Shown in pieces: positions 7,746-15,376 of a DNA stretch of 19,946 nt. Source of the DNA: Nitrosotalea sp. (GTDB lineage: Archaea > Thermoproteota > Nitrososphaeria > Nitrososphaerales > Nitrosopumilaceae); NCBI GenBank assembly GCA_050749405.1, contig JBOGRD010000004.1, forward strand, positions 30,001-49,946, read 5' to 3'. Both the position numbers and the translations under genes were made by a program. Position 1 is the first letter of the stretch. Each line of letters opens with the position of its first letter. The notes under the pieces are model-generated. The model did not search any database, was not told the DNA's origin, and saw only the letters and a program-made list of their open reading frames with translations.

Positions 7746-10121
7746 ATGAAAGAATTTGGAACATTGGAGTATGTCTTGGATACATACTCAAAAAACTGGA
7801 CTTGGAAGCTGACTGGCTCTAGAGCTGTTAGCATGGTTGCCCGAGTTATCCCCCAAGCTTGGTATGGCGACGGCCCGGAGGAAGCAATAGTACCCGACAC
7901 AGAACACAATGTTCAGAAAATCAAATGGATAATGGAAACTTATCCCCTTGAGATAAAATCTAGAAACATTTGGCAGAGAAAGACAAGGCATATGAAAGTA
8001 TCAAAAATAAAATGGACTAGAATAGAAAAGTTGCGAAAAGCAAATCCCGGGGAACAGTTCAGAGGAACTCTGCTTAATTTTCAAAGAGAGGGGTTGGATT
8101 TTCTGCTAAAATCTTCCGGCAATGCTCTTTTGGCAGACGAGATGGGATTGGGCAAGTGCCTAAAGTCTGATTCTCTAATTAGTACCACGAATGGGCATGT
8201 TACAATAAAAGATATTTGGGAACAATCTACAATAACTGAAAAAAACAATGATGAAGAGTGGGGCAAATTAAAAACTCCTATCAACATACAAACGTTTAAT
8301 GGAAAACAGTTAGTTGTCAAACAAGTAAACAGAGTTTTTAGGCAGAAAATTGACGAACAAATTACAAGGATCACTCTTTCTGATGGACTATCAATAGAAT
8401 GCACCAAGCGCCACATGTTTCTCACGCCCAATGGTTGGAAGATGGCTGGAAAATTAAACATGGATGACAAGGTAGCAATTCCTTCAAAGACCATGCATAT
8501 AGAAAAAAAATCATTATCACAAGATGTGGCTGAATTAGTTGCTTGGCAGAGTGCAGAGGCTAGAATATCATTACGTTCTCTAAATCAGTACACACCATAC
8601 AAGCATACACAAGGTACGAGCAAACAACTAGCACTTTGTGTTTCAGACAAACTAGAGACATTTCATGAACTTTCTGAACAATTGCAAGCGATATCAATGA
8701 AATCGATTAATTGGTGTTTGATCAAATCCATAGAAAGAAAACAATTTTGTGGATATGTATACGATTTATCAGTGCCTGAGACACATAATTATATTGCTAA
8801 TGGCATCATTACCCACAATACAGTTCAGACCCTAGCATACCTTGCAACGGAAAGACAGACGTTTCCAGCTCTAATTGTTGCGCCTCTTGTAACCCTGAGC
8901 AATTGGCAAAGAGAGATTCAAAAATTTCTCAAAAGAAGAAGTAGAAATGGAAGAATAGTTGAAGGCGAGTATCCGACATCAGTTTTAATCCGAACTGGCA
9001 AATCTCAGGAAATAGACAAGCATGATATTTATATCATAAATTATGATCTGCTATACAAAAGGTTAGATGATCTTTCAAAACTAAACATAAAGACACTGGT
9101 ATGTGATGAGGTACAACACCTTCGTTCAAAATCAACCAAGAAGTACTCCGCAGTAAAGAAACTTGCCGCACTCGAGTCTGTAAAGTACAGAATTGGATTG
9201 TCTGGCACTCCAATCTATAACAGAGGATCTGAGATTTGGCCCATAGTGGATATACTCAAACCAGGACTACTTGGAAGTTTTGATGAATTTTGTGAGTATT
9301 TCTGTTATGTAAACGAGAAGGGCAAGGCAATAGTCCTTGAAAATAAACGAGTTAGCCTGGGCGAAGAGCTAAGAAAACATGTAATGCTAAGACGCAAAAA
9401 GTCAGATGTACTAAAAGAGTTGAAAGAAAAAGTAAGATACAAAGAACTTATCGAGTCAGACATCAACTATTATCATGCTGAACTTGACAAAATATGGAAG
9501 CGCTTAGAAGAAGAACAGAAGACTGCGACCTCAGCCTTTGACAAGTTTGCATCATATAAAAGAGCCATACAGAGCGAGAGGCAGGCGGCAGGAGCTGCAA
9601 AAGTACCCCACGTCATAGAGTTTGTCAGAAATATTATGGAGATTGAGGAAAGTGTCGTGGTGTTTTGTCATCACAAGGCAATTCACGGATTGTTGCACAA
9701 GAGTCTTCATGAATATTCCCCGTCTTCCATCATAGGAGGCCAGACAGACAAAGACAGACAAGATAACATCGATAGATTCCAAAAGGGTGAAACAAAGCTA
9801 ATGATTGCAGGACTCAGGGCTGGCAATGTTGGAATTAATCTCAGCAGGGCAAGATATGTAATATTTGCAGAGCTTGATTGGAGTCCTGCCATTCACAGAC
9901 AAGCTGAAGATAGGCTGCACCGGATAGGCCAGAAAAATACGGTATTTGCATACTATTTGATGGGTAATGGAACATTAGATGACCACGTAGCAAATGTATT
10001 AGTTGACAAGAGTTATGAGATCGATGCCATCATGGACGAAAAAGAAGAGTCCTTTGAAGACAAGGACAAGGCTGAATTAATCTTGGCTCAAATTCATGAC
10101 AAACTATCAACTAAGCGCTAG
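7746..10121 (+). CDS. SNF2-family (Rad54/Swi2-like) DNA-dependent ATPase/helicase, intein-containing precursor (791 aa; 570 aa after predicted splicing)
   Basis: LLNFQREGLDFLL (Q-motif-like region). Motif I DEMGLGK|..|TVQTLAYL is split by the insert. Motif II DEVQH lies at 9105-9119. Motif III LSGTPIYN. The helicase-C motifs read LMIAGLRAGNVGINL and DWSPAIHRQAEDRLHRIGQ. Confidence 0.95.
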   Translation: MKEFGTLEYVLDTYSKNWTWKLTGSRAVSMVARVIPQAWYGDGPEEAIVPDTEHNVQKIKWIMETYPLEIKSRNIWQRKTRHMKVSKIKWTRIEKLRKANPGEQFRGTLLNFQREGLDFLLKSSGNALLADEMGLGKCLKSDSLISTTNGHVTIKDIWEQSTITEKNNDEEWGKLKTPINIQTFNGKQLVVKQVNRVFRQKIDEQITRITLSDGLSIECTKRHMFLTPNGWKMAGKLNMDDKVAIPSKTMHIEKKSLSQDVAELVAWQSAEARISLRSLNQYTPYKHTQGTSKQLALCVSDKLETFHELSEQLQAISMKSINWCLIKSIERKQFCGYVYDLSVPETHNYIANGIITHNTVQTLAYLATERQTFPALIVAPLVTLSNWQREIQKFLKRRSRNGRIVEGEYPTSVLIRTGKSQEIDKHDIYIINYDLLYKRLDDLSKLNIKTLVCDEVQHLRSKSTKKYSAVKKLAALESVKYRIGLSGTPIYNRGSEIWPIVDILKPGLLGSFDEFCEYFCYVNEKGKAIVLENKRVSLGEELRKHVMLRRKKSDVLKELKEKVRYKELIESDINYYHAELDKIWKRLEEEQKTATSAFDKFASYKRAIQSERQAAGAAKVPHVIEFVRNIMEIEESVVVFCHHKAIHGLLHKSLHEYSPSSIIGGQTDKDRQDNIDRFQKGETKLMIAGLRAGNVGINLSRARYVIFAELDWSPAIHRQAEDRLHRIGQKNTVFAYYLMGNGTLDDHVANVLVDKSYEIDAIMDEKEESFEDKDKAELILAQIHDKLSTKR
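8157..8819 (+). mobile_element. Intein (221 codons) inserted in the Walker-A GLGK|T of the SNF2 helicase
   Basis: The insert starts with Cys (tgc 8157-8159) and ends His-Asn (cac aat 8814-8819), followed by Thr +1 (aca 8820-8822). Block A is CLKSDSLISTTNG, block B GLSIECTKRHMFLT (T-x-x-H), block F GYVYDLSVPETHNYIANG, and block G IITHN|T. Removing it restores DEMGLGKTVQTLAYL. Confidence 0.9.
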
Positions 10122-10123
10122 TT

Positions 10124-10324
10124 TCATCGCTCTTCACGTATCTCGTACTTGTCAAAAAAATCCTGACCCTCCCCTAATTGTTGTTTAAGAAATGACTCTA
10201 GTTTTTTAATTACTTCGGTACGATTCATTCTTCCTTCCGAGGATACATAATATTCTACATGTGATTCTCGAAATTTCTTGTAGTTCATTCCTTTGGCCAT
10301 TGGTATTACTACAGAATTATCCAT
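10124..10324 (-). CDS. Hypothetical small protein (66 aa from the ATG at 10324)
   Basis: The ORF track gives 10124..10369, but that start overlaps the upstream J-domain gene by 31 nt. The first ATG outside the overlap gives MDNSVVIPMAKGMNYKKFRESHVEYYVSSEGRMNRTEVIKKLESFLKQQLGEGQDFFDKYEIREER. It is on the same strand as, and directly downstream of, the J/TPR gene. No motif recognised. Confidence 0.35.
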   Translation of the reverse strand: MDNSVVIPMAKGMNYKKFRESHVEYYVSSEGRMNRTEVIKKLESFLKQQLGEGQDFFDKYEIREER

Positions 10325-10338
10325 AATAAGAGGTCTGG

Positions 10339-11073
10339 TTATCGCAACTTTTTTGCCTGCTTGATGCACTTGTCACCCTCATTTTTCCTTCCTAGTTTGA
10401 GCAATAGGCTTCCCTTGTTATACCAAGCATTTGCAAAACCCGGATCAAGACTTGTTGCTTTATCAAATGATTCCAATGCTTTATCATATATTTTCAGATT
10501 GTAGAGACAGACACCGTTAAGATTCCATACTGCTGCATGTTCTGGATTGAGCATTATTGCCTTGCCAAAGGACTCCAACGCTTCATCATATCGCCCCAAG
10601 TCAGAGAGGCATACGCCCTTTAGGTTCCACGCACCAGATGATTTTGAATCAATTTCCAATACTTTGTCATAGCATACTAGTGCCTCCTCATATCTTTTCA
10701 AATTAGAAAAACAGTCTCCCTTCTTGAGCCACGCATTTGCATATCGTGGTAACTGACTGGTCGCCTTGTCATAGCATGCAATTGCCTCATCATACTTGCG
10801 TTTGGCAAAAAACGCTTCAGCTTGGACGTACCATGAAACAGCATCTTCCGGATAAAAGTCAGCAAATTTTTTGTTGGACATTACCATAACTTTGTGATGA
10901 TTTAGCAAGATTTTGTATGCATCTATGATTAGTTTGAATTGCTTGTCGTCTTTTTCTGACGAATTTTTATCAGGGTGATGCTTGAGGGCCAATTTTCGAT
11001 ATGCACTTTTTATCTCTTTTAGTGATGAGTCTGGCGTCACGCCCAAAATTTCATAACATTTGGAGAGATTCAA
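10339..11073 (-). CDS. J-domain protein with five C-terminal TPR repeats
   Basis: 244 aa with a TTG start. The J-domain reads [32 protein letters not shown] (HPD motif). Five 34-residue TPR units follow, each with the W-x2-G....Y-x-x-A pattern ([15 protein letters not shown]; [15 protein letters not shown]; [15 protein letters not shown]; [15 protein letters not shown]; [10 protein letters not shown]). Confidence 0.9.
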   Translation of the reverse strand: MNLSKCYEILGVTPDSSLKEIKSAYRKLALKHHPDKNSSEKDDKQFKLIIDAYKILLNHHKVMVMSNKKFADFYPEDAVSWYVQAEAFFAKRKYDEAIACYDKATSQLPRYANAWLKKGDCFSNLKRYEEALVCYDKVLEIDSKSSGAWNLKGVCLSDLGRYDEALESFGKAIMLNPEHAAVWNLNGVCLYNLKIYDKALESFDKATSLDPGFANAWYNKGSLLLKLGRKNEGDKCIKQAKKLR

Positions 11074-11078
11074 CTCGT

Positions 11079-11085
11079 ATCACCT
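11079..11085 (-). promoter_or_regulatory. Shine-Dalgarno-like site for the J/TPR gene
   Basis: The minus strand reads AGGTGAT-acgag-TTG. AGGTGAT is complementary to the conserved 16S 3' end (..GAUCACCUCC). An in-frame TGA lies just upstream, so TTG is the only possible start. Confidence 0.4.
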
Positions 11086-11327
11086 TTCAAGAAGAACATC
11101 TCATCAATTCCAATATACAAAAACCTCTACAAATTAGGCTTTCATAGTATAACATTATTAGTTTTATCATGCATAAATGTAAAAACTCTATCTTTATGAC
11201 ATATTTATCAACAATCCAAACGATCATTTGGAGATCACAACATGCAACTTCGTTGAACTTTATTTAATTCAAAGTATCAAAAAATTATTCCCAAGAAATA
11301 AATTGAAAAATATTTCAGCAGAATGGA

Positions 11328-11492
11328 ATGGCAAATCAAACAATAAGTGAACTTGTCAAAATGGCTGACAAGATAGTAATTGACGAAGTAAAGGGAAAAA
11401 GGGTGACTTTGAAGATAAGCTGGTTTGATCTCAAAGGAACAAGAAAATCAAAAAAATTTTTGTTGACTGAAAAGGAAAAGATCGAGTTTTAG
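11328..11492 (+). CDS. Hypothetical 54-aa protein (below the ORF-track cutoff)
   Basis: ATG 11328 to TAG 11490-11492. Product MANQTISELVKMADKIVIDEVKGKRVTLKISWFDLKGTRKSKKFLLTEKEKIEF has a balanced, beta-strand-like composition. It stands isolated in a 900-bp AT-rich spacer. No homology recognised. Confidence 0.3.
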   Translation: MANQTISELVKMADKIVIDEVKGKRVTLKISWFDLKGTRKSKKFLLTEKEKIEF

Positions 11493-11599
11493 ATCTAACC
11501 TAATCATCTTTTTTGTTGTCCCAATCTAATTTTTCTCAAATTTTTCCATTTTATAGAATAAAAATATTGTTCATAAGTTCTTCCTATCACTAATAAGCA

Positions 11600-11808
11600 A
11601 AAAAAAGTTCCAAGGTATGGCGAACATTCCTTGTTTGTGAGCAGGAACTCAGGCTAACCGCCATGACCTGAACGATCCTTACCCACGCAAGCAAGGAACG
11701 CCTACATTTTACCCAGATACAGTTACATGGGATTGATACAGTAATGACAAATCTGGTTTTACTCCTTTTTTCTCTCAAACTAGCGAAATGCCCAAAACAC
11801 TTGATGAC
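11600..11808. ncRNA. Candidate structured non-coding RNA (GC-enriched island in an AT-rich spacer); identity and strand unresolved
   Basis: 11611-11730 is about 49% G+C by my hand count, and the flanks are visibly AT-rich. There is a long imperfect hairpin, ggtatggcg (11614-11622) / cgccatgacc (11659-11668), enclosing ttcct(t)g/caggaa. A second hairpin is tcctt (11676-11680) / aagga (11693-11697). The direct repeat gatacagt occurs twice (11715-11722 and 11734-11741). Homopolymer runs bound it on both strands (A8 at 11600-11607, T6 at 11765-11770). TATA-like tracts lie upstream on either strand. The only ORF here (11590..11778 -) is Cys/Arg-rich and unconvincing. Confidence 0.35.
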
Positions 11809-11981
11809 GTAATATTATTTGATGGGTTTTATATTATATAATAAAAGACAGTGGCTTTATAGAAAATCATTTGTTTTGTATCCAGATCATTATGAAATAA
11901 CCGAAGAGGAAGACTAGAAGTTATACATCTAAACATATAACCATCAATAAACATCATAAATAAGCAAGCCCAGATTTGTTT

Positions 11982-12218
11982 ATGAACAAGCATGAGGTCA
12001 ACAAATCTCTCCTTGACAAATTTACGCTAAGTCAGCTACACGATCTTTGCAAAACATACAAGAGAGAGATGAATCAAATAGATTACAAGGACAGGATAAT
12101 TCTTGGCGAATCAAATCCTGAAATAATAAAGAAGAGATTCATTCCATACATAGTTGGCTTTTTTGATCAATCAGAGATTATGGAATTTGCCAATAGATGC
12201 AATATAAAGATAGACTAG
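11982..12218 (+). CDS. Hypothetical small protein (78 aa from the ATG; the track starts at TTG 11976)
   Basis: Clean ORF, MNKHEVNKSLLDKFTLSQLHDLCKTYKREMNQIDYKDRIILGESNPEIIKKRFIPYIVGFFDQSEIMEFANRCNIKID. No motif recognised. Confidence 0.45.
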   Translation: MNKHEVNKSLLDKFTLSQLHDLCKTYKREMNQIDYKDRIILGESNPEIIKKRFIPYIVGFFDQSEIMEFANRCNIKID

Positions 12219-12512
12219 ACCTAAAAAAACAAACATCTCAAGGGCCTGACAATACGGAATTGTTTTCTGTCGAGTTTGTTTCATTTGTATATTCTATTGC
12301 ATTATTTCCATCTGCAATGCCACCAGAATAAAGAAGATATGCTGCAGACATGCGTGCTTGTACAAGGGTTAATTGTTGTCGGACATTGTCAGATACGTAG
12401 CTTTGCACTGACTGGACAATCAGGAGACGGAAACCTTGAATTGTTGGTCAACACTCGCTCTGTGCATGAATGCATTCTTTGAGATGCGAACCAAGATTCG
12501 TATTGTGGTACC

Positions 12513-12788
12513 ATGAAACGCGGATACGGTATCTTGATAACCGGCACAGGAATGTTTGTTATTGGTCGTTTTCTTTCACAATGGATAGTAAACAACATAC
12601 CTACAATCAATCAGGCCCATTCGTCTATGATGATGGATGCACAATATCACATGTTATCGTGGAGCAGTCAACTATCCACAATCAGCCAGTGGGGAATAAT
12701 TGTTCTTGTCATAGGAGGGTTTGTAACTGTCTTTGACAGAATGAAAAAAATCAAACAAGATAAAAGATCTACAAGGCATGGAATCTAG
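12513..12788 (+). CDS. Hypothetical two-TM membrane protein (91 aa)
   Basis: ATG start. Two hydrophobic segments (YGILITGTGMFVIGRFL and WGIIVLVIGGFVTVF) and a basic tail KKIKQDKRSTRHG. It is the most protein-like of four mutually overlapping ORFs in 12276..12788. Confidence 0.4.
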   Translation: MKRGYGILITGTGMFVIGRFLSQWIVNNIPTINQAHSSMMMDAQYHMLSWSSQLSTISQWGIIVLVIGGFVTVFDRMKKIKQDKRSTRHGI

Positions 12789-12904
12789 GCACAATACATA
12801 TGCCATAACTATACTAACAATCACACATTAGAAAATAATTTCATGATTTATTGAATTAAGATAAAACAATCTTACTATGAATTAATATCGCAAACAAGTG
12901 TTTT

Positions 12905-13918
12905 TCAATGCTCTTGTACAAATAAGTTCAATGATTCTTTGAGTCCCTTGTACCTGTTTCGTATTGTGACCTCGGTCACGCCCGCAGCCATAGCAATTAC
13001 TTTTTGAGTTGTACTGTCTCCATTTACGGTACACGATAGATACAGTGCAGCAGCAGCAAGTCCCATAGGGTCTTTTCCTGCTGAAAGTTCCATGTCGTTT
13101 GCTTCCTTCAAAATCTCAAGTGCTCTTCGCTTTACCTTCTCGCTTAATCCTGCTTGACTTGCAATCCTTGACATGCATTTTATTGGATCAAGTACCGGCA
13201 TTGTCATGTCAAGCTCTTCTAGTAACAACCTGTAAGATCGTGATATGTCCTTTCTTTTTATATTGATTTGGCGTGCAATCTCGTTTAATGTCCTCGGAGT
13301 GCTAGATTCTCTACATGCCATGTATAATGCAGCCGCAATAAGACCAGAGATTGACCTACCCTTTGTGAGTCCCCTTTCCAGCCCCTTTCTGTAAATGTAT
13401 GCAGTCTTTTCAATTACTGCGTCAGAGAGGGCAAGCTTGTCCCTAAGTCTGTTGAGTTCACTGAAAGCTTGTCTCAAGTTCTTGTCGGCTGATTCACTAG
13501 CCTTACTTCTATTATCCCATGTCCTGAGACGATCCATAGTATGTTTCATTGAGGAAGAAAGCGGTTTTCCCATTGCATCTGTTCTACCATGCCCTATCAT
13601 AGTGGCAAGCCCCATGTCATGCACTGCAAGCGATGTAGGCAGTCCTGTTCTTGCTCTATCGTCATATTCTTCCTTTGTAAATGCGCGCGTCTCAGAACCC
13701 AAGTCTACGATACGATCAGGTATAACAAAGCCGCAACCACTACAAAATTTTTCTCCAGTCGAACTGTCTGTTACGAGTAAATCCTTTCCACATCGCATAC
13801 ATCCACCAGCATTATAATTATGTAAAACCATGCAATTTGTCATCTGCATTGCATGACATATCAATAAGAACTCTCGTATTTCATAATGTGTACAATTCAA
13901 CATGCTTAATAGCGACAT
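12905..13918 (-). CDS. tfb: Transcription initiation factor IIB (TFB)
   Basis: N-terminal zinc ribbon C-MR-C ... C-SG-C (GGCMRCGKDLLVTDSSTGEKFCSGCGFVI), a B-reader/linker, and two cyclin-fold repeats (..GRSISGLIAAALYMACRE.. and ..GKDPMGLAAAALYLSC..). The start is uncertain: five Met codons precede the ribbon, and the longest form adds about 40 atypical residues. Confidence 0.93.
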   Translation of the reverse strand: MSLLSMLNCTHYEIREFLLICHAMQMTNCMVLHNYNAGGCMRCGKDLLVTDSSTGEKFCSGCGFVIPDRIVDLGSETRAFTKEEYDDRARTGLPTSLAVHDMGLATMIGHGRTDAMGKPLSSSMKHTMDRLRTWDNRSKASESADKNLRQAFSELNRLRDKLALSDAVIEKTAYIYRKGLERGLTKGRSISGLIAAALYMACRESSTPRTLNEIARQINIKRKDISRSYRLLLEELDMTMPVLDPIKCMSRIASQAGLSEKVKRRALEILKEANDMELSAGKDPMGLAAAALYLSCTVNGDSTTQKVIAMAAGVTEVTIRNRYKGLKESLNLFVQEH

Positions 13919-13933
13919 AAGTTCTCAAATGAT

Positions 13934-13993
13934 ATGGCAAAAGCCAAATCAAAAGCAAAATCGAAATCAAAATCTGCAAAGAAAAAAAGATAA
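13934..13993 (+). repeat. Imperfect hexanucleotide tandem repeat ((g/t)cNaaa x6, 13937-13972) that is codon-aligned with a 19-codon Lys-rich micro-ORF
   Basis: The repeat reads gcaaaa gccaaa tcaaaa gcaaaa tcgaaa tcaaaa. Read from ATG 13934 it gives MAKAKSKAKSKSKSAKKKR followed by a stop (TAA 13991-13993). It lies 16 nt from the longest tfb start, on the opposite strand. Confidence 0.5.
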
Positions 13994-14381
13994 AAAAAAG
14001 TGACCTGAAATGGTCATCTCATTTTTTCCATAAAAATTCTAAAAATATAACGACCAATAACACTTAGACATGTCATTATTCAATGAAGGTGTCGCTGTCG
14101 ATGCCTGTAAAACTGTGTGTTATTGGCGTCATCATGATGTGGTTTCGACCATCACATTTTATCCTAGAACAGAGATGGCTACAGTCTGGCCGGCATGAAC
14201 ACATAGACAAACAAGATACAACGTGACCAGAATTAACTTGCACTAGGATTACAAAAACATTTCTTGATGGATTCTAAGAACTTGCCCCTATGATAGAAAA
14301 ATTACTTGTTTATCATGAATTTTATTGAATTATTCTTGGTGGGCACAGGTTCTGAGTGCTATCAATTTGTTGATTATGCGT

Positions 14382-14837
14382 TTACACTGGTTTTTCTAAA
14401 TAAACTAGAGTTATTTTATCAGTGATTTCTTCAGTCTTAAATATTTTATACCCAATCTTTTGATAGAGGTTTATATTTTTCTCACTTTTATTTCCAGTGA
14501 ATAGTTCAAACCTTTTACATGACTTGAACAAACTCTCGATCTCATTCATCAGTTTTTTTCCAATGCCATGATGTTGAAAGTCAGGATGGACCATGAGCCT
14601 CCCTATATAACAAGTCTCTTCCTGTGCAAATGCTCTAACAGAGCCTATTATTTTTTCATCAACCGTGGCTTTAAGAAATACCTGGCGCCCAAATTCGTCT
14701 TGCATACTTTGTAGAGTCTGAGTCAATGGAGGTATGCTGAGATCATCGTAAAGATCTCCCTCACTTTTGTATGCTAATTTTTGAAGCAAAAGTATTTCTT
14801 CTTCATCAGAAACTGTTGCTTTTTCTATGATTGCCAT
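14382..14837 (-). CDS. GNAT-family N-acetyltransferase
   Basis: 151 aa with an ATG start. Acetyl-CoA binding motif A reads RLMVHPDFQHHGIGKKLMNEIE (Q/R-x-x-G-x-G/A). Motif B region is NLYQKIGYKIF. Confidence 0.9.
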   Translation of the reverse strand: MAIIEKATVSDEEEILLLQKLAYKSEGDLYDDLSIPPLTQTLQSMQDEFGRQVFLKATVDEKIIGSVRAFAQEETCYIGRLMVHPDFQHHGIGKKLMNEIESLFKSCKRFELFTGNKSEKNINLYQKIGYKIFKTEEITDKITLVYLEKPV

Positions 14838-14951
14838 GCAATTATTGATTCAACTCCCGTAACAAATCTTAAAGTTTTATTACAATTACATATTTTCATA
14901 CCTAAAGTACCTAAGCGTATCATTTAACTAGATATCACATATAGTGGAATC

Positions 14952-15293
14952 ATGGGCCAAAAAGTATCAGGGCTTGAAAAAATTATTGCACCCTCATTAA
15001 ACAGAATAGAAGAAGAGTTAGAGGCAATTCATGCAGAGATGAATACAGTAAAGGCAAAGATAGATGAGACTAGCAATAGGATAACAAAGACTGAGGAGGA
15101 CAACAGACGCCTTGCAAATAGAATAGATAAGATAGGCAGCGGGCTACCAACCGAGGTTCAAGTCTCGATCGATAACATAAATGAGATGGAAAAGCACGAT
15201 AGAGATGAGATTGATGTTCTAAAGCGTGGCATCGATGTAGTCCAAAGAAGGCTAATCGTTTTAGAGGCCAAAATGAAAGAACTCGGCAAATGA
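14952..15293 (+). CDS. Hypothetical coiled-coil protein (113 aa)
   Basis: ATG start. Heptad-like, highly charged sequence (LNRIEEELEAIHAEMNTVKAKIDETSNRITKTEEDNRRLANRIDKI ... VVQRRLIVLEAKMKELGK). Confidence 0.55.
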   Translation: MGQKVSGLEKIIAPSLNRIEEELEAIHAEMNTVKAKIDETSNRITKTEEDNRRLANRIDKIGSGLPTEVQVSIDNINEMEKHDRDEIDVLKRGIDVVQRRLIVLEAKMKELGK

Positions 15294-15376
15294 ATTATCA
15301 TTACAAGACAGTGCTTGAAAGAATTGTTTTGTTATTTTTTGAGTCTTACAATCCTGCAACCTAGAGAGATTTCATG

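Noticed and set aside
8081-8494. 137-aa minus-strand ORF overlapping the N-terminal part of the intein, considered as a possible free-standing endonuclease
   Set aside because: It has no LAGLIDADG, HNH or GIY-YIG motif and a Ser/Phe/Cys-rich composition. It is antisense to well-supported intein blocks A and B.
11590-11778. 62-aa minus-strand ORF as a protein gene
   Set aside because: The product (..SIPCNCIWVKCRRSLLAWVRIVQVMAVSLSSCSQTRNVRH..) is Cys/Arg/Val-rich and unprotein-like. The ORF is probably a by-product of local GC enrichment, so I treat it as part of the RNA candidate.
11600-11808. Assigning the GC-rich island to SRP RNA, RNase P RNA, 5S rRNA, tRNA or a C/D-box sRNA
   Set aside because: There is no GNAR tetraloop with an AGCA helix-8 motif, no GAGGAAAGUCC / ACAGAA P4 elements, and no T-loop. 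The UGAUGA at 11802-11807 has no CUGA D-box at a suitable distance. I leave it unclassified.
12276-12736. Overlapping ORFs 12276..12482 (+), 12470..12736 (+) and 12389..12610 (-), plus an open minus-strand frame of about 56-70 codons at 12238..12447
   Set aside because: They exclude one another and have His/Cys/Gln-rich odd compositions. Only the 12513..12788 frame has TM-like structure. The minus-strand frame ending ..AAYLLYSGGIADGNNAIEYTNETNSTENNSVLSGP is too short and its start too ambiguous to call.
13395-13817. ORFs 13395..13817 and 13589..13780 (+) inside tfb
   Set aside because: Antisense shadows of the conserved TFB cyclin-fold region.
14070-14198. 42-codon ORF (MSLFNEGVAVDACKTVCYWRHHDVV..) and a small gtggt-ttcg-accat hairpin in the tfb-GNAT spacer
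   Set aside because: The ORF is short with no motif, and the hairpin has only 4-5 bp. G+C is slightly elevated, but that is not enough to call either a gene or an RNA.
14260-14356. Possible C/D-box sRNA (UGAUGG ... CUGA)
   Set aside because: The boxes are about 90 nt apart. There are no internal D'/C' boxes and no terminal stem. It does not fit archaeal C/D sRNA architecture.
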